Below, one piece after another: positions 60,458-64,000 of a stretch of DNA of 64,000 bases. The number at the start of each line of letters is the position of its first letter. Position 1 is the first letter of the stretch. The stretch is from Bacteroidia bacterium (GTDB lineage Bacteria; Bacteroidota; Bacteroidia; M30B66): contig OZ257142.1 in the NCBI GenBank assembly GCA_965279035.1, positions 288,001 to 352,000 of the forward strand, written 5' to 3'. Made by a program: the position numbers and the translations under genes. The notes beneath the pieces were generated by a model, which did no database searches, was not told where the DNA came from, and worked only from the letters and a program-made list of their open reading frames with translations.

Positions 60458-62406
60458 TAGTTCATGTTTTCCTGTCGAGCTAGGAGTTCTTCCCACTTAA
60501 GCATTTGATCGTCCAACTCTTTCTTTAACGCATTGTATTTATTGAGAAAAATAGCCGATTGCTGTTGATTTGAATATAAATCTGGATCAGCCAATTTCTC
60601 TTCTGCCTTTTTAATTTCTTGCTCAAGTTCCGAAACACGAATTTCACAATTTCGAACTTGCGTTTGAACTTGCTTTAGCTCTTTTTCCGAACTTCTATTT
60701 TGAATTTGTTTATTTGCCAAAGCGTCTGCCTTTTGCTCAACTTTCAACTCTGCCTTGGCTTTACTTATGTCCTTTTTCACTTCTAATTGACGAAGGCTTT
60801 CCAATTTGCGGCTCTGCAAAAACTCAAATATTCCTCCTGGGAATTCTTTGATTTTACCTTCATTAAACTCGTAAACCTTGTTGCACAATCCATCCAAAAA
60901 CTCCCGGTCGTGTGATACAAGAATCATCGTTCCATTATATTGTCGAAGTGCTCCTTTTAAGATGTCTTTTGAGCGCATATCAAGGTGATTCGTTGGCTCA
61001 TCGAGGATAAGTAAATTTACCGGCTCTAAAAGTAAGCGAGCAAGTGCCAATCGTCCCTTTTCCCCTCCCGATAACACACGAACTTTCTTATCAACAGCAT
61101 CACCGCTAAAGAGAAAAGAACCCAAAATACTACGTAATTGCTGTGTTGGAATATTCCGGGCAATTTGTTCTAAGGTTTCTAATACAGTAGCATTAGGATC
61201 TAATAATTCTGCTTGATTCTGAGCAAAATATCCAATCTTCACATTGTGCCCAATCGTTACAGTTCCTTCATGCTCAAGGTGTCCTGTGATGATTTTTGAC
61301 AAGGTGGTTTTACCTTCTCCATTTCGACCAACAAAGGCTATTTTTTCTCCCCGTTCAACTAAAAAATCAAGGTCTTTAAGAATAACTTTCTCACCGAAAG
61401 CTTTACGAATATGATGTGCTTCTAAAACAACCTTTCCCGAACGAGGTGCATCTGGAAAACGAAAATGGATCGCTGCATTGTCTTCGTCTTCCACTTCAAT
61501 TCGCTCAACTTTATCCAATTGCTTTATCCGTGATTGAACCTGAACTGCTTTGGAAGCTTTTGCACGAAAACGATCGATGAACTTTTCTGTATCCTCAATC
61601 ATTTTCTTTTGATTCATATAAGCTGCCATCTGTTGATCTCGACGCTCTTGCCGAAGAACAACATAGCGAGAATATGAAGCTTTATAATCTTCTATTTTTC
61701 CTAAAGTAATTTCAATAGTTCTAGCTGTAACGGCATCTAAAAAAGCCCTGTCATGTGATACAAGTACTACTGCTCCCGGATAGCCTGCAAGAAATTCTTC
61801 CAGCCATTGAATTGATTCAATATCCAAGTGGTTTGTTGGCTCATCGAGTAAAACAGCATCAGGCATTTGAAGTAAAATCTTTGCTAACTCAACGCGCATT
61901 TTCCATCCTCCCGAAAATTCATCCATCGACCGATGTAAATCACTCGGCTTAAAACCTAGACCAAGAAGGATTTTTTCTGTTTCCCCATCAATGCTCCCTC
62001 CACCTAAAAGCGAAAGTCGTTGACCAGCATCATTCAATCGTTCAATAATTTCATGATACTCGTCCGATTCATAATCCGTACGTGTTTCAAGTGCATGACT
62101 AAGATCATTCAACTCTTTTTCTAAAGACAAAACCTCGTCAAAAGCAGTTCTGGCTTCCTCAAAAATTGTTTTACCGGTAGCATGCTTCATTTCTTGAGGC
62201 AAATATCCAATACGATATCCCGAAGGGACAGAGATGGTGCCTTTTGTTGGATCCTGCTGCTTGCTAATAATTTTTAATAGCGTCGACTTACCTGCTCCAT
62301 TTTTCCCTGTTAAACCCACTTTGTCGCGGGCTTGAATCATAAAAGAGATGTCCTCAAATAACGGTTTCCCGTTAAATACTACTGATAAATTTCCTACTGT
62401 AATCAT
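60457..62406 (-). CDS. ABC-F family ribosome-associated ATPase
   Basis: Two ABC domains (GKNGAGKST, FSGGWKMR, LDEPTNHLD; GRNGEGKT, LSGGEK), no TM, C-terminal coiled coil. Confidence 0.95.
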   Translation of the reverse strand: MITVGNLSVVFNGKPLFEDISFMIQARDKVGLTGKNGAGKSTLLKIISKQQDPTKGTISVPSGYRIGYLPQEMKHATGKTIFEEARTAFDEVLSLEKELNDLSHALETRTDYESDEYHEIIERLNDAGQRLSLLGGGSIDGETEKILLGLGFKPSDLHRSMDEFSGGWKMRVELAKILLQMPDAVLLDEPTNHLDIESIQWLEEFLAGYPGAVVLVSHDRAFLDAVTARTIEITLGKIEDYKASYSRYVVLRQERRDQQMAAYMNQKKMIEDTEKFIDRFRAKASKAVQVQSRIKQLDKVERIEVEDEDNAAIHFRFPDAPRSGKVVLEAHHIRKAFGEKVILKDLDFLVERGEKIAFVGRNGEGKTTLSKIITGHLEHEGTVTIGHNVKIGYFAQNQAELLDPNATVLETLEQIARNIPTQQLRSILGSFLFSGDAVDKKVRVLSGGEKGRLALARLLLEPVNLLILDEPTNHLDMRSKDILKGALRQYNGTMILVSHDREFLDGLCNKVYEFNEGKIKEFPGGIFEFLQSRKLESLRQLEVKKDISKAKAELKVEQKADALANKQIQNRSSEKELKQVQTQVRNCEIRVSELEQEIKKAEEKLADPDLYSNQQQSAIFLNKYNALKKELDDQMLKWEELLARQENMN

Positions 62407-62489
62407 TCGGGCGCAAAGGTAGACATATCCAAACTGTTTACAACCCTCTTGTTCTCTGCAATCTGCTTAACTTTACCAAAAATTTTCTA

Positions 62490-62870
62490 ATGGCTTTTCG
62501 GACAAGTAAAATTTATTCCATTGTAACGTGTTCCTGTCCTCGATGCCATTCAGGTCAAATGTTCGTTAACAAAAATCCTTATAAGCTCGAAAATTGGGAT
62601 AAAATGTATAGCGATTGTCCAACATGCCATTTACATTTCGAAAGAGAACCTGGGTTTTTCCAAGGTGCGATGTACGTAAGCTATGCACTAGGAGTTGCTT
62701 TAAGTATAATTGTGCTTCTGTTTAATGTTATTATTGGTTTTAATACAACCCGATTTTTTATACTAAATACCCTCGCTTTAATTGTTTTTGCTCCTTTGTT
62801 ATTCCGTTGGGCAAGAAGCCTTTATTTAGCAATCTTCATTAAATTTGATAAATCAAAAATTTCACATTAA
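62490..62870 (+). CDS. DUF983 family membrane protein
   Basis: CPRC...CPTC, EPGFFQGAMYVSY, two TM helices. Confidence 0.85.
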   Translation: MAFRTSKIYSIVTCSCPRCHSGQMFVNKNPYKLENWDKMYSDCPTCHLHFEREPGFFQGAMYVSYALGVALSIIVLLFNVIIGFNTTRFFILNTLALIVFAPLLFRWARSLYLAIFIKFDKSKISH

Positions 62871-63535
62871 GAGAAACGCGAGATGTTTTGTATTTCATCA
62901 TATTCCAAAATTTTTACTCCCTGAGGTTGATGTATTGAGAGTTCTAACATTGCTTTAGCTACATCTAGTGCTTTAATCGCTTTATATTTTCTCATAGAAC
63001 CTATAAGTGTCCATGAAAATAATTTCATAGCACTTTTGCTCAATAATTCTCCTAACCTAAATTCCTTTCTTGCTCCAAGTAAAACGGAAGGTCTTGCAAT
63101 GACAAGACTCTCAAATTTTTTATTGATTAAAGCATCCTCCAACTCTCCTTTACATTTTAAATAAAAATTTCCTGATTTAGAATTTGCTCCAACAGAGGAC
63201 TGAATGATGAAATGCTTTACTGCATGTTTGATTGCTAAGTCGGCTATTTTTAAAGGGATTTCTACATCCGTATTATAAAATGATTTTTCAGAGCCCGCCT
63301 TTTTTATTGTTGTTCCTAAGCAACATATTACGACATCAACTAGTGGGAAATTGACTTCTAGTTCATTAAGAAAATTCTGATTAATAATCTCTGTTAATTT
63401 AGGATGCGTTTTTCCTGTTGATGTTCTTCCAAACACATAACATTCATCAATACTTGAATTCTGAAGTGCTTTATCTAAAAACAAAGAACCTGTTAATCCG
63501 GTTCAGCCAATTAAAAGCAATTTAATTCGACTCAT
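62867..63535 (-). pseudogene. NAD(P)-binding atypical SDR oxidoreductase (TIP30/YraR-like) with in-frame TGA at codon 11
   Basis: ATG 63535 overlaps the upstream stop and reads MSRIKLLLIG*TGLTGSLFL, then CCLGTTIKKAGS, FYLKCKG, RPSVLLG. Confidence 0.75.
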
Positions 63536-64000
63536 TATTTTCTAGCTCTCTTTAAATAATACTTATACCCTCTGTTTTTCTTCGCGTCGTATTTATTTAT
63601 TTTAAAAATCGCTTGAGCTGTTATTCCTAATGAAATTCGCTTGTCTGGAGTCGCACTCGTAGAAGATGTTTCTGGTTTTATCAAGGATGTAAAACCATAC
63701 ATTGCCCTAAATGTAGCCGAAAAAGCAAAGGTTTCTGATAAACTATAAAATAATCCAGCACCTGCTACAAAACTATATGTTACTGGTTTAAAATATTGCT
63801 TGTTAACTCCCGGAACCAAGGGTATTGCATTTCTTGATTCGCCAGCTATCGTATTTACACTTTGTAAAAAACTAATTTGTGGGCCTGCTTCAACAGTTAA
63901 TCCTTGGTGGTGTGTAGGACAAAATGAGAATAGCAGAGGAATATCTATATATGCTAAGCGGAGTCGATATTTAAAAAAGGCATTGGGGTCAATAATTCCT
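63535..64000 (-). CDS. outer-membrane beta-barrel (porin family) protein, 5' end outside window
   Basis: Frame open to the window edge: RLAYIDIPLLFSF...VEAGPQISFL...AGAGLFY. Confidence 0.75.
   Translation of the reverse strand, partial: GIIDPNAFFKYRLRLAYIDIPLLFSFCPTHHQGLTVEAGPQISFLQSVNTIAGESRNAIPLVPGVNKQYFKPVTYSFVAGAGLFYSLSETFAFSATFRAMYGFTSLIKPETSSTSATPDKRISLGITAQAIFKINKYDAKKNRGYKYYLKRARK

Noticed and set aside
1010-61952. Numerous short antisense or alternate-frame ORFs in the track
   Set aside because: They lie within well-supported genes and show no motifs; treated as shadow ORFs.
63503-63505. Alternative genetic code (TGA = Gly or Trp)
   Set aside because: Well-defined genes here end at TGA at expected lengths (glycosylasparaginase, nadE, holB).

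Overview
A 64-kb chromosomal window from a gliding, T9SS-bearing Bacteroidota genome: gldB/gldC/gldH, T9SS type A and B cargo, TAnnTTTG promoters and Gln-starting mature secreted proteins. The left 18 kb holds an N-glycan catabolic gene set (MFS transporter, ROK kinase, GH20, glycosylasparaginase, GH2, CutC, GH92) split by an accessory block containing a DUF6922/AbiEii-like pair, an FAD oxidoreductase, lipoproteins and two nucleotide-sugar enzymes. The rest is mostly housekeeping (holB, pgk, kdsB, hemJ, GDH, cysS, ansA, TatD, Mrp, engB, nadE, dprA, ABC-F). The most unusual locus is 36.5-37.3 kb on the minus strand and is absent from the ORF track. It runs promoter, four 75-bp tandem units (each a tRNA-Ser 5' half with intact anticodon arm and an 18-bp palindrome in the D-loop), the intact tRNA-Ser(GGA), stacked hairpins, a terminator, and a frameshifted small GIY-YIG nuclease gene. 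Other notable items: an AAA+/PD-(D/E)XK gene with three phased 22-bp repeats, flanked by a duplicated and decayed GH92 3' end; several REP-like palindrome families; an AT-rich uncharacterised secreted-protein cluster with a divergent XRE regulator; many apparently leaderless genes; and an oxidoreductase with an in-frame TGA in its Rossmann motif. All family assignments are motif recognition by eye; no searches were run.
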